Shown here: piece by piece, positions 1 through 10,329 of the stretch | Position numbering within the stretch: the first letter of the stretch is position 1 | Layout of the letters: every line of letters starts with the position of its first letter | Source: Takakia lepidozioides | Lineage: Eukaryota; Plantae; Bryophyta | Direction of reading: 5' to 3' | DNA: 64,000 nt | Assembly: GCA_030704615.1 (NCBI GenBank) | Contig: CM060734.1 | Coordinates: 1,612,001-1,676,000 of the forward strand | Notes under the pieces: model-generated | What the model saw: only the letters and a program-made list of their open reading frames with translations | Databases searched by the model: none | What the model was told of the DNA's origin: nothing | Translations under genes and position numbers: made by a program

Positions 1-252
1 TTTGCTTGGAGCTATGAGGATCTAAAAGGGATACCACCTGAAGTCTGTCAGCATAAAATTGAACTGGAACCAGGGTCAGTACCAATCAAGCAGGCGAGGT
101 ATAGAATGAATCCCAACTACGCACAGAAGGTTGGAGAAGAGATAAAGAAGTTGGCTGAGGCTAAGTTTATATACCAATAGAGTATACAACTTGGTTGTCA
201 CCCATTGTTATAGTTCCAAGAAGAATTAAGAGTATGTGTGAGAAGCTGAATG
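1..252 (+). pseudogene. Ty3/gypsy pol fragment (start of reverse transcriptase), interrupted by MULE-like element 1
   Basis: Translates FAWSYEDLKGIPPEVCQHKIELEPGSVPIKQARYRMNPNYA...WLSPIVIVP...RKLN with indels; similar to the RT start at 28535-28760. Confidence 0.8.
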
Positions 253-345
253 ATTTCATGAGCCATGAGCCATGAGCGGCATGAGCCATGAGCAGAGTCG
301 TAAGTGTGGAAAAAAACATGAGCAGCACTATTTTCCGGAAATGAG
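253..345 (+). repeat. Left imperfect TIR built from CATGAGC heptamers
   Basis: atttcatgagccatgagccatgagcggcatgagccatgagcagagtcgtaag...catgagcagcact...ggaaatg aligns to the reverse complement of 14476-14591. Confidence 0.8.
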
Positions 346-705
346 TGTCCGCGGGAATAGGGTTTAGGGTGCCACGGTCATAGGGGGAGAAGGACCTCCC
401 GATGAAGGAGGTTCGGCAATGTTATTTAGAATTATATATTGAAAGGCAATGTTTCGCGAATGGTAGGGTGGTACTGCTCTGTACAATGGGGGCCCATTTC
501 AGCCTACCAGCCATTTGCAAAATTCACCCACACTCCCAATCCCAAACGAAATGAGCAATGACGCATTCTCGGAACAATGGACACAGAATAGAATAAAAAG
601 AGGGCACAATGAGGTTTTTATTGATCCACATGAATTGCATTTGAAGCACGTCTACTGTGCTGATTGTGCCCTCAAATCTTGAGCCCTGTGCCTACTGAAT
701 ACAAG

Positions 706-1743
706 TCACGTTGTCAATGGGACTTCGACTGCTCTCAGAACTAGCTCATGAGTCCTGGGGCTCCTCCATGTAAAGTCGATTGCAGCCGTTGTACCGCCCC
801 TAGTGATGTTCACCACAATGTCCTGCCCTTCAATCATACCACCATCGAATATGGAAATCTTCACGTTTTCGACGTCGTCCACACCAATGCGAATGTCCCC
901 ATACAATGGAGAAGAGGAGCGCACTCCTCGAGGAGAATAGGTCTCTCCGATGGAGTCCACCCACGTCCAGTGGCAGCAGTTCCACCGCAACAGCATAGCA
1001 GTGCGCCTTCTTCTGCATGGGTGACCGTCGTAGCTGGGAAAATCGGAATCGAGGATGCGCAGGAGCCACGGACTCCTCAAACCAAGATCGTCACCCCGCT
1101 CGAAGGCGTAGTGGCCTACGATATACTCCAAAAGCCACCAATGTTTCCAACAATCGAACCAGTATCTTCTGTGTAATCTGTGTACCAGATAACAATGTCT
1201 CCCGATGTGGCCGAATACATTGCATAATCGATGCCTCCAAAAGGGGCAGTCGTCCCGGTTCCGGAAGCACGGCATCCTTGCAAAGGAGGACCTGAGGACG
1301 ACTTGGATGCCGATGACCTTGCGGACAGCTACGAAGCCCTTAGATTTTGGAAAAGATACGAAGCGGAAGAGCAGTCCGGCCTCCAAAATGGAGCATTGGG
1401 TCACACGTACCACCGACGGAGGTGGAACGTGTTCATCACGCCAGCGGTGGATGAAGCCATACATCTTTCTCATCAACAAGTTATAGTTTGAGATCTGCCA
1501 CCGAAGTCCATCCCCCGGATGGAAATTCGGCGCCGCATTTACATCGAAGAGGGGATGGACTTCGTCGTGTCCAGTGGCTATCGGCCACCTGGCAGGTGCC
1601 CTGGAATGTACCTCACTTTCTGTATGACTGTGTTTCAATGGTTGAATAACTCTCGGATTTGGCCCACTGTTTACAATTTGATGTCTCATTTCTACAATTT
1701 GTCTGTCTGGTTGAATAAGCAGAGTAACCGGTATGTGAGTCAT
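706..1743 (-). CDS. Unknown 345-aa ORF inside element 1 (possible third cargo gene)
   Basis: Long uninterrupted ORF with AATAAA-like signals downstream on the - strand (~615); no recognisable domain. Confidence 0.3.
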   Translation of the reverse strand: MTHIPVTLLIQPDRQIVEMRHQIVNSGPNPRVIQPLKHSHTESEVHSRAPARWPIATGHDEVHPLFDVNAAPNFHPGDGLRWQISNYNLLMRKMYGFIHRWRDEHVPPPSVVRVTQCSILEAGLLFRFVSFPKSKGFVAVRKVIGIQVVLRSSFARMPCFRNRDDCPFWRHRLCNVFGHIGRHCYLVHRLHRRYWFDCWKHWWLLEYIVGHYAFERGDDLGLRSPWLLRILDSDFPSYDGHPCRRRRTAMLLRWNCCHWTWVDSIGETYSPRGVRSSSPLYGDIRIGVDDVENVKISIFDGGMIEGQDIVVNITRGGTTAAIDFTWRSPRTHELVLRAVEVPLTT

Positions 1744-1782
1744 GTGTCAAGAATATACCAGAGTAACGCCATGTCGGACATT

Positions 1783-2509
1783 GAAATGCGGGTTTCCATG
1801 TCGGCATCGAAATGCGGTGTCGGGATCGAATGCCCATTTCCATGTCCGCATCGAAATGCGGCACATGTTTTTATCGGGCATTTCCATGTGGGACAAGAAA
1901 ATGCGGTGCATCATTTCCGTCCAGGTACACGAAATACCAACACGGGTCTATAAATTGATCAGAAAACGAGGTTGGCATTGCAAATGCGGCGACGCATTTC
2001 CAGCTTGGCAATGGAAACTTCTTTTGGACAAGGGAATGCGGTGCCGCATTTCCGTCCAACACTTCGAAAAGTGCACCTATTTCCGACCAGCGCGATGGAA
2101 TGCGTTACCGCATTTCCGAGAGAGGGTCTGCAAATTGACAAATTGCGATGTCCGTTCTGGAAATGCGGCGCCGCATTTCCATGTCCGTCATCGACTTTTT
2201 TTACAATGGAATGCGGTGCCAGTTTTTGCTGATGGGTCTGCAGTTCGAACAACACCATCCCCAATATGGAAATGCGGCACCGCATTTCAATCCCGCATGT
2301 CGGCCCTTGTTCGACCTCCTTGTTCGACCTCTGTAAGCGTGGTGGCATCCATGCAATGAGCGGGAGAGGCCAAAACTGGCGTGTGGACAAAGGAAATTTT
2401 GGAAATGCGGCACCGCATTCCAATTCAGATTACTTTTTACTATGCCAACATTGAAATGGAAAAATTAGTCCCTCCCCTGTTTTGGAAATGCGGTGCCGCA
2501 TTTCCAAAA
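1783..2509. repeat. Array A of the 22-bp palindrome GGAAATGCGG-YR-CCGCATTTCC (~10-12 copies, some degenerate)
   Basis: Centres at about 1907, 1990, 2042, 2106, 2169, 2217, 2278, 2411, 2494, plus half-sites at 1783-1865; outlier copy at 1521. Confidence 0.9.
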
Positions 2510-2691
2510 GAGGTTTTAGAGTTGCCAAAATTTTGGAAATGCCTGACCCATTTCTGATTTTGGGAGCGTCCTGGTTTGGGCGATTGTGTGGCTGGAATGC
2601 ACACTGGAGAGGGGTCACGAATGTCGGGCAGAATTTTCTTTATATACTCTGGAAGAGAATTTACATTTACAGAGACTTCATTAAAATTCTA

Positions 2692-5600
2692 TTAATCTTG
2701 AAAATCATCGGAATCCTCATCCTGTTCTAGACTGTCCTGCTCCTCCTCCACCCCCTCAGTGCCTCTCTCATCTCCAGCGGACTGCTCGTTGGCCAGGCTT
2801 TCGAAAATCCCATCTTCCCCTTGCGGAACTGTCCATCTCACCTCCGTTGGGTCGTCTTCCTCCCTGTCTGCGTCGCTCTCATCCGCTGAATCACATATGT
2901 ACTTTCGTACCCGTCTACCTGTCTGAGCTGCTGCCAACTCTTCCTTATCCTTCTGTCCTCCCTAGCCCTCTCCAAAATCTGCTCTACTTTACTGGGATTC
3001 TCACTTCTTCTAATCGCTGTATTTGCGAGTTTAGCTGCATAACTAGGAAGGGAGTAGTCCCTCACCGGGCTCGTCATGAAGTCGGCCCTCGCAAAGAACG
3101 GGACATTCTTCCTGGCAGGAAGTGTAGGCCCTACATGTTTCGACCCGGACCCTGCAATCCTGCACATGACAATCATCAACGAGACTAATGAGAACCACAG
3201 TCGGGAAATTCCTTTGACATAAATGACCCAGAAGGCTTTGCAAACTTACAATGTTTGCACTCACTCGTATTCCGGGTTCTCCCTGCATCAATGTCCACTG
3301 TGTCTTCCTCGGACTCCGACGAATCCGAGGAGACTTCCGCTCTGTCGGAGCCTTCACATTCCGTTGCAGCCCCTCCAGATGGGATCCCACACGGATGAAT
3401 CCTCCTCGTAGGCAAAGAGGTGCCGGTCGGAAAACCGCCCAGCCCACATTGAGGCACCTGTTACAATGCCATCCACACATTACCACATGGCGCTTCAGAT
3501 GTTGCGAACTACATCCTAACGAGAATTTGCAGAACAGCAGAGATCAAGATTCTGCATACCTGTCCCACAGATGAGGTCCAGCACTGTGCCCTCCACGTCT
3601 GTGCATGTCTCCATAATTGTCTGAATGAAGGCAGGGCTCCGAGTCCGTGAGTACCGCAGGGGTTCCGTTGAAGTGAGGCTATGAGGGAGAAGTTCCTTGG
3701 GAACGTTGTTGAACAGAACGTCGTAATCGAGTGGGTCGCAGTTCGGGTCAACCTTTCCTCCCTCCTTCCGGAAAGCAAAGGTGGAGTTTTCCTTCACAAA
3801 GCAGTATGCATCGAACTGCTTCGTCTGCATACACAGGGGGAAACGATTAGAAACCGAATGCGGCACCGCATTTGAAAGCACCCAAGCAAATGAATGGACG
3901 AGTGCCAGTGTCGTAATCACCTTCTTCCCTTCCGACCGAAGGCCCAGTGTTGATGCACGTCCACTTCTTTTTCAGAATCGGGACGGCGCTCTTGCGGGTC
4001 CACTTCGCAATTCCTGTCTGAGTGTTTTTTCCTCTGCTCGCCAGGACAACCACACAGCCTCTGTCGTCCAACACCATGCGGGCAAGCCCGAATCCTTTCT
4101 TCCAAAAAGTCCTCCGAGTACCTGTTCCAAGATGGCAAAGCTTGCAGTCCTTCCACAGGCTCTCCGTCCGGAATATCCAAGATGATCATATCGCAAGACC
4201 ACTCGGTGGCATTTCCGCCCCTCCTACAATCCTTGTCTGCACACACCCTCTCAAAGAACGAGACCATTCTGAAATCCTGGGGTGTCGGAAGGCTCTTCGG
4301 CAGTCGCCTTCTTCAGTGCTCTGCCCTTTCAGACCCTCCATGGTCTTCATGTATGCCAACTTGGCTGCCCGTCCATCCAAAGCCGCCAAGAAACTCTCAT
4401 TTACACACTGGACTACAGTTTCGGGAGCCACTTTCGGCCTCTTCATTTCCACCGGCTCGAAAGGGTGCCCCCCTGGGGGTTGAAGAGTGCCTTCTTTGCC
4501 GAGCCAGTTCTCGTGCCTCTCGTGACAACGGTGGGCACAGGGGAGGCAGCCTGCGTTTGGGGGGGTGGGCTGGTTGCAAAGTCTCCATCGGAGTCCTCTT
4601 CCTCACCCTCTTCCTGAACAGGCTGTTTCTGCTTCTTCGTTTTGGCGGGTGTCACAACAGCTGCTCCTTGCTGGCGAGTCCTCTTCTTCGACCCCTTCTG
4701 TTGGGCCTGCACAGCTGCATCCACCGTCTTTTGTGCCATCTCAGCTGCCTTTCTGGATTCTTCCAGAGCAGCAGATTCCTTTGCCGACTTTGGCCCAGCA
4801 GGGACACGTCTTTCCTTTCTCTTCTCTTCTGCCAAGGCGTGCAGATCTTTCTCAGACTCGTCAACAATACCGCCAGACATGTCCAGGTACCACGGGCATC
4901 CAACGAGATGCGCGGGATGCCATTGTTTCTGCATCTCGGGTGTGTAGACACAGCTTGGGCCCGCCACGGTCCAAGCCATGAAGAACGGGGGCTCTTGAGC
5001 CAGGGCCCCTGTCTGAAGGAGCACGTATTTCATATACCTGCAAGGCAGTCAGCATGCGTGAGCAAAATTGAGACCAACCTACTGGCAGAGTGCCACCGAA
5101 AACATAAAATGCGAATGCGGTGCCGCATTTCCGAGACAAACCTCGTAACCAGGCTTCGCATACAAGGGCAGCTGTGCTTCACCTGTAAACAATTCGCATT
5201 GCAGCTTTCCCCTCCTCCCTGATGTGTAAACTCCACGCTCCTTCTTGCTGTCTGTAGCTCTCTGGCGAAAAGGTTGTCCTTGTACGCACATCTGAAACGT
5301 GTCACGTAGTCTTCCAATGTCTGTGTTCCATCCCATTTGACGTACAAGCCGAACGAATTTGTGTGCATTACGACTTGCTCCTTGCATTCGACATTACCTG
5401 CGATTCCCAAATGCATTGTCACGTAGCAGTTCAGGGAATTCATGTCAGAAAAGCAAATCTGGGGAAGTACCTTGAATTACCTGGAACCACCAAGTCATAC
5501 GGTTGAGCCACACATCCACTGCAGGGTCGGAAACTTCCAGTGGAAAAGACCACATTGTCCTTATGCTCTCGGATGCATTCCAGATCGACAGCCACCGTGT

Positions 5601-7613
5601 CTGCCATTTCCGATCCAATGTCAGTGGCTGGAAGAGAGTGGCTATTGCTAGGAAGGAAATTCAGTGCATTGAAACCTCACCTTCTCTTTCGCCTCCACAC
5701 ATGCCGTTGAGAGGTGATGCAGTTTCTCCAATTGCATGGTCGGCTGCATGGCCCGAGAATAGTTTTTGCAATCTCGGGGATGAAGTCCTTTCCAAGTGCC
5801 GGATCTGCAATTGCCACCAGCTTCACAAGCTTTGACTTGTATTTGGTTCTGGACTTGACACCGGCTTCCTTCAAGTGCTCAGTCAATGACTGCAACGTTT
5901 TGACCTGCCCCTCACTTTCCATGAAGAAGCGTTTGGCATGGGCCAAATCCAGCTTGATGTTTGACTGCCAACAAAAACATGCAGAAGCGTTACATTCGAT
6001 TCATGTGGAAACATTACTGGAAATTGGGGAAGGATGAGCAGAGGGAAATTGGAGCACGACTTACTTCGTATATCACCTCCACCATTCCATCCATAGTGAG
6101 ACGATACCATGTCCGGTCTGTTTTTGCAACGGCTTTCTGAATGAGCTCGGCTCCAGCATTTCCGCAAACATCTGCGGATCAGTAAGACCAGTTTTCCTCA
6201 CCCTGTACAGCATATGTGCCATGTGGGTATGCACGTACGCATTCTCAGTGACCCTGCAAGGCACACTCTCCAGTTCAGTACACGGAAGCACGGAATCAAA
6301 CCAGAATGGAAACCGAAATGCGGCACCGCATTTCGAATGTGCTAGGGAGGGTATGAGTATCTTACGAGTTGAGGTCCGCCATGGCATTCTTGAGGAGGGA
6401 GGAGTCTGCCGCCTTCACCTTGAGGATGACACACTCCACCATGTAATGCCAGCCAATGTGCTTGGCATGGTTCTGCTTGATGTACTCCCACCAGGCGAGA
6501 AGTCGGTGATTCCCGTCCCACACAAAGAACATTTTTCCCGACATATGGCCGAAGTCGGGATCACCCTTCAGCGTCGCCTCGAATTCGTGGTTGCGAGTGT
6601 GCCAGTGGGTATCCCGTTGACAATTCATCGGCAGTGGGTCCACGGGTTTCGCCGTCCTCATTCTCATGGAAACGTAAAACGCTGCCGATCCCAGACGGTA
6701 CCCTTCTCGAAATGCGAACTTGAGCTTATCCACATCTCCGGGAAGGGCCTGCCTGACGATGGGAAGGGAGACCATGCGACAGAGTGGGATTCGAAGAGTC
6801 CGCTGGAATACCCTGCTGCCCAGAACTCTGCCAATGCTACTGTGTGTCTCCTCCAACATTTTATCCGCTGCACTTTTGAAATCCTCCGGAGACATGTCTG
6901 TAGGTGCCGGTAGTGGCTGAGCAGCTGGAGCATCCTCAACTGGAGCTGCACTCTGGGGCCTGTGTGCGGGCAATTCTGCCATGCAGAGGCCTCCTCCGGG
7001 CCTGCTAGCTCATCGGTGGTGAGGTCTGCTGCGAACGTTCAGCGGCAGCACCTCCTCCGGTACCAAATCGAGATCAACGGTCGATCCCATTGCCTTCGCT
7101 GCAGCAGAGTCGGCCCCAACATCTGCAGGCGGGAAATCCTCCAGGAACTGAGCTTCAGCTCGTGGAAGCGGTTTTGCGGGAGATTGTTCGCCGTCGCCCT
7201 GATTGCCTTCTGCTTCCTCATCCTTGCAGGTGAAGGTGTCTGCTGCAATTGAATCTGTCTTCTACCCTGCTGCTTCATTCGCGTTGGGGGGGGTGAATCG
7301 GCCTGAGCCGGTTCAGAAGCCAGTAGAGGGACGGGCTGCTTCTTCTTCGACTTTGCTGGAGAAGGGCCCGACCCTGCTGGCGATTCTCCATGATCGAAGA
7401 ACGCGAGTCGATCTCTGAGACTTTGAACTTGCCCTTCGAAGACGCGTCTTTGAATCGCAGAGGGCTAGGCCCGGCAGGAGTACCCGCGCTCGGGGATCGG
7501 GTGGGTGTACGTGCTGCAGCTAGCTCCTCGGACTCTTCCTGCGGCTCTTCGGATTCCTGCGATCCCTCCAGCACGTCCACCTTTCCTGTTAGGCATGCAA
7601 ACATGTTCTGCAT
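2692..7613 (-). CDS. Multi-exon gene: ParB/Srx-like N-terminal domain fused to a C-terminal beta-class N6A/N4C DNA methyltransferase-like domain (frameshifted in this copy)
   Basis: ParB-like RIPLCRMVSLPIVR...MFFVWDGNHRLLAW...NAMADLN (6366-6800). MTase motif IV-like CDMIILDIPDG (~4165-4197). Spliced RTRSPAFIQTIMETCTDVEGTVLDLICGTG|ASMWAGRFSDRHLFAYEED gives motifs X, I and II (exons 3560-3824 and <=3457). GT-AG introns at 6254-6365, ~5965-6064, 5038-5182, 3458-3559. Start and stop approximate. Confidence 0.7.
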
Positions 7614-8232
7614 TCAAGTCTCCTAGCATTCAGTCTAAGAATTACAGAAGCAAAATGGGGGGTTCGGTGCTCGATCAGCTGCGCGCAGCCCGATCGCATG
7701 GAGCTCTCACTGGTGGCTGGGTTGCCTGAGTGGCCTGCTGCTCGGAGATGGCAATCTCCTCCTGTAGACGCATCTGCTTCCTCCCCTTCGGCATTGGCCT
7801 ACGTCCGAAGTATAATTTCCGGAGCTTGCGACGAGGTCTCCTGTCTGGTGCACGAACTCCCCCCCTCTCAGGTTCGAGCATAAGAAGAACAGAGAGAGGG
7901 AAAAGGGGCAAAGAGTGCAGATGGAAAGGGCGCGAGAGGGGTGACTGAGGAGACACGACAAAAGTAGATGAAACGGCGGTGATGCACCACTTGGGTTCGA
8001 AAGGGTTGGACGAAAGTGTCTCCTCGTGGAGTTTGCGTCATTACGAAATTCGAATCGTTGAGGGTACGCCCGCCGTCCGAAAATCAAACATCATTATCCA
8101 ACGGTCAGGCCGCGCCGCCTCATGCCCCTTCAGTCAGATAGAGTGCCGACATGTGCAGCAATTCCGTTGCTCCACGTGTTCACATTTCAAGGCATTTCCG
8201 TCCCAGCGTCTGATGAGTTGGAGCGAGAATGC

Positions 8233-9745
8233 GAATGCGGCGCCGCATTTCCGTTAAGTACCATCACGAAGCTACACATCCGTACTTGTTGGAAGAAAAT
8301 GCGGCACCGCATTTCCGTTCCACCTTCACATACCTTAGTTGTTGAACGGAAATACGGTGCCGCATTTCCGTCCCCAGCTCCATGTATGAGATTCAGAAGG
8401 GAAATGCGGCGCCGCATTTCCGTTCCCACTTCACATACGTTAGTTGATGAATGGAAATGCCGTGCCACATTTCCGTTCGGGAAAGTATAGAGGTCTCACC
8501 TGGACAGAAATGCGGTGTCGCATTTCCGGTCTGGAAAGGTTGAAGGTCTCACATGGATGGAAAGGCAAACATTTCCGTAGCACAGCTCCAGGCCGAATAT
8601 ACAAAACGGAAATGCGGCGCCGCATTTCCGTTCGAGAATGTCGGAAGGTGCGACTCGAACGGAAATGCGGTGCCGCATTTCTGTACCCGTTGCGCACGAT
8701 TTTCAGTCAGAATGGAAATGCGGTACCGCATTTCCGTTCTGTAGAGTATTAACGTGACGCTGGCGGAAATGCCTTCCCGCATTTTCGTTCCACAGCTCCA
8801 TGCCTCACATACAAAACGGAAATGCGGTGCCGCATTTCCGTTTTGGAATGTCGGATGGTGGGACGACGGAAATGCGGTACCGCATTTCAATTCCGATGTT
8901 TCAGGATATTTCATCAGAACGGAAATGCGGTGCCGCATTTCCCTTTTAAATCTAATACATTCCGTTCTGGAATGTTGGGAGGTGCGACTCGGATGGAAAT
9001 GCGCTGCCGCATTTCAGTTCCGATGGTTTTTCAGTTTTTCGTTCCAGCGATTTCCGTTCTGCGAATTATTTCCGTTCTGGAATGATGGTAGGTGCGACTC
9101 GGATGGAAATACGGCCGCATTTCAGTTCAGATGTTCACGATTTTCAGTCAGAACGGAAATGCGGTGCCGCATTTCCGTTCTGGATAGTGTGAATGTCTCA
9201 ATCGGAATTGCGCTGTATGAAGCTGTCGGAATCTTACTCGGCTCCAGGCATCAGATACAAAATGGAAATGCGGCGCCGCATTTCCTTTATGGAATGTCGA
9301 AAAGTGCGACTCGACGGAAATGCGGTGCCGCATTTCTGTTCCCGTTGTTCATAATTCTCAATCAGAACGGAAATGCGGTACCGCATTTCCGTTCCACTTC
9401 ACATACCGTGCTTGTTGACTAGCATTTCTATCCCTCAGCTCCATGCATCAGATACAAAATGGAAATGCGGCGCCGCATTCCCGTCTGGAATGTCGAAAAG
9501 TGCGACTCGGACGGAAATGCGGTGCCGCATTTCTGTTCCCGTTGTTCATAAATCTCAATCAGAACGGAAATGCGGTACCGCATTTCCGTTCCACCTTCAC
9601 ATACCGTGCTTGCTGGATGGAAATGCGTTACCGCATTTCCGTTCTGGAGAGTATAAAGGTTTCCCCCGGACGGAAACTCGGTGCCGCATTTCCGTCGCTC
9701 TGTGCATGACCAAGATGCAATACGGAAATGCGGCGCCGTATTTCC
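8233..9745. repeat. Array B: ~25 copies of the 22-bp palindrome at mostly 52-53 bp period, with higher-order repeated spacers
   Basis: Centres 8241, 8305, 8358, 8410, 8463, 8516, 8618, 8671, 8724, 8775, 8828, 8878, 8931, 9005, 9165, 9274, 9326, 9379, 9471, 9523, 9576, 9629, 9682, 9734; lies between the divergent ParB-MTase and transposase genes. Confidence 0.95.
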
Positions 9746-10329
9746 GTCCACCAGCAATCGAAATCACTCGGACGGGAAATCTGGAACCTCAATGGGTTGC
9801 ATTGTTCCGAAACAACACAATTGCGCCAGTCTTGATGAGCACAACTTGGTTGTCTGACCGTTTTAACCAGCAGTCCTGGCACTTGTCAGTGCGAACGTTC
9901 CTGTCTGCACCGAGAATACTGCTGGATCCACCCTCAGGAGAAACTGTCAGGAGATGTTATTTCGTCGCCGAATCGGCCATCATTGTCCTACTCACTGGCT
10001 ATGGAATCAAACCTCCCACCTTCATGCATGTAGCTTGAAACAATACTTTCCACTTCAATGTGCGACCCAATCGTCGATGGACTCCGCAGATCCACTTAGA
10101 TGGTGCCTGTGAGCCTTGGTCTGTCGCTATACTGAACCTCGCACTTGCGGCACTGCCAACTCCGTGCGGTGTTCGATGGCTCCGAATTCCTACGCTATAG
10201 TTTGCTGTCCTCCGCAACTGGGAGAGCCTGGATCCCAAACGAGGGAGGACTTGCAGAGTGACTGAACTTACCTTGTTCCAAATTCAAGCTCAAACGGGCA
10301 CAGTTTATTTGGGAAGAAAAGGAAGGATG

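Noticed and set aside
358-370. Telomere-like TAGGGTTTAGGGT
   Set aside because: Under two units; not an array
1742-2618. ORFs with repeated KCGAAF/GNAAPHF/EMRRRIS peptides (also 8122-10038)
   Set aside because: Six-frame translations of the palindrome, not proteins
4182-5222. 346-aa + strand ORF
   Set aside because: Antisense shadow of the ParB-MTase exons
2692-7613. Bacterial or phage contamination as source of the ParB-MTase
   Set aside because: The gene has GT-AG introns, one shared in position with the element-2 paralog, and lies inside eukaryotic TE ends
8233-9745. CRISPR array (22-bp palindromic repeat with ~31-bp spacers)
   Set aside because: Spacers recur as a few related types in higher-order units (e.g. 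9241-9420 vs 9438-9617); no cas genes; eukaryotic TE context
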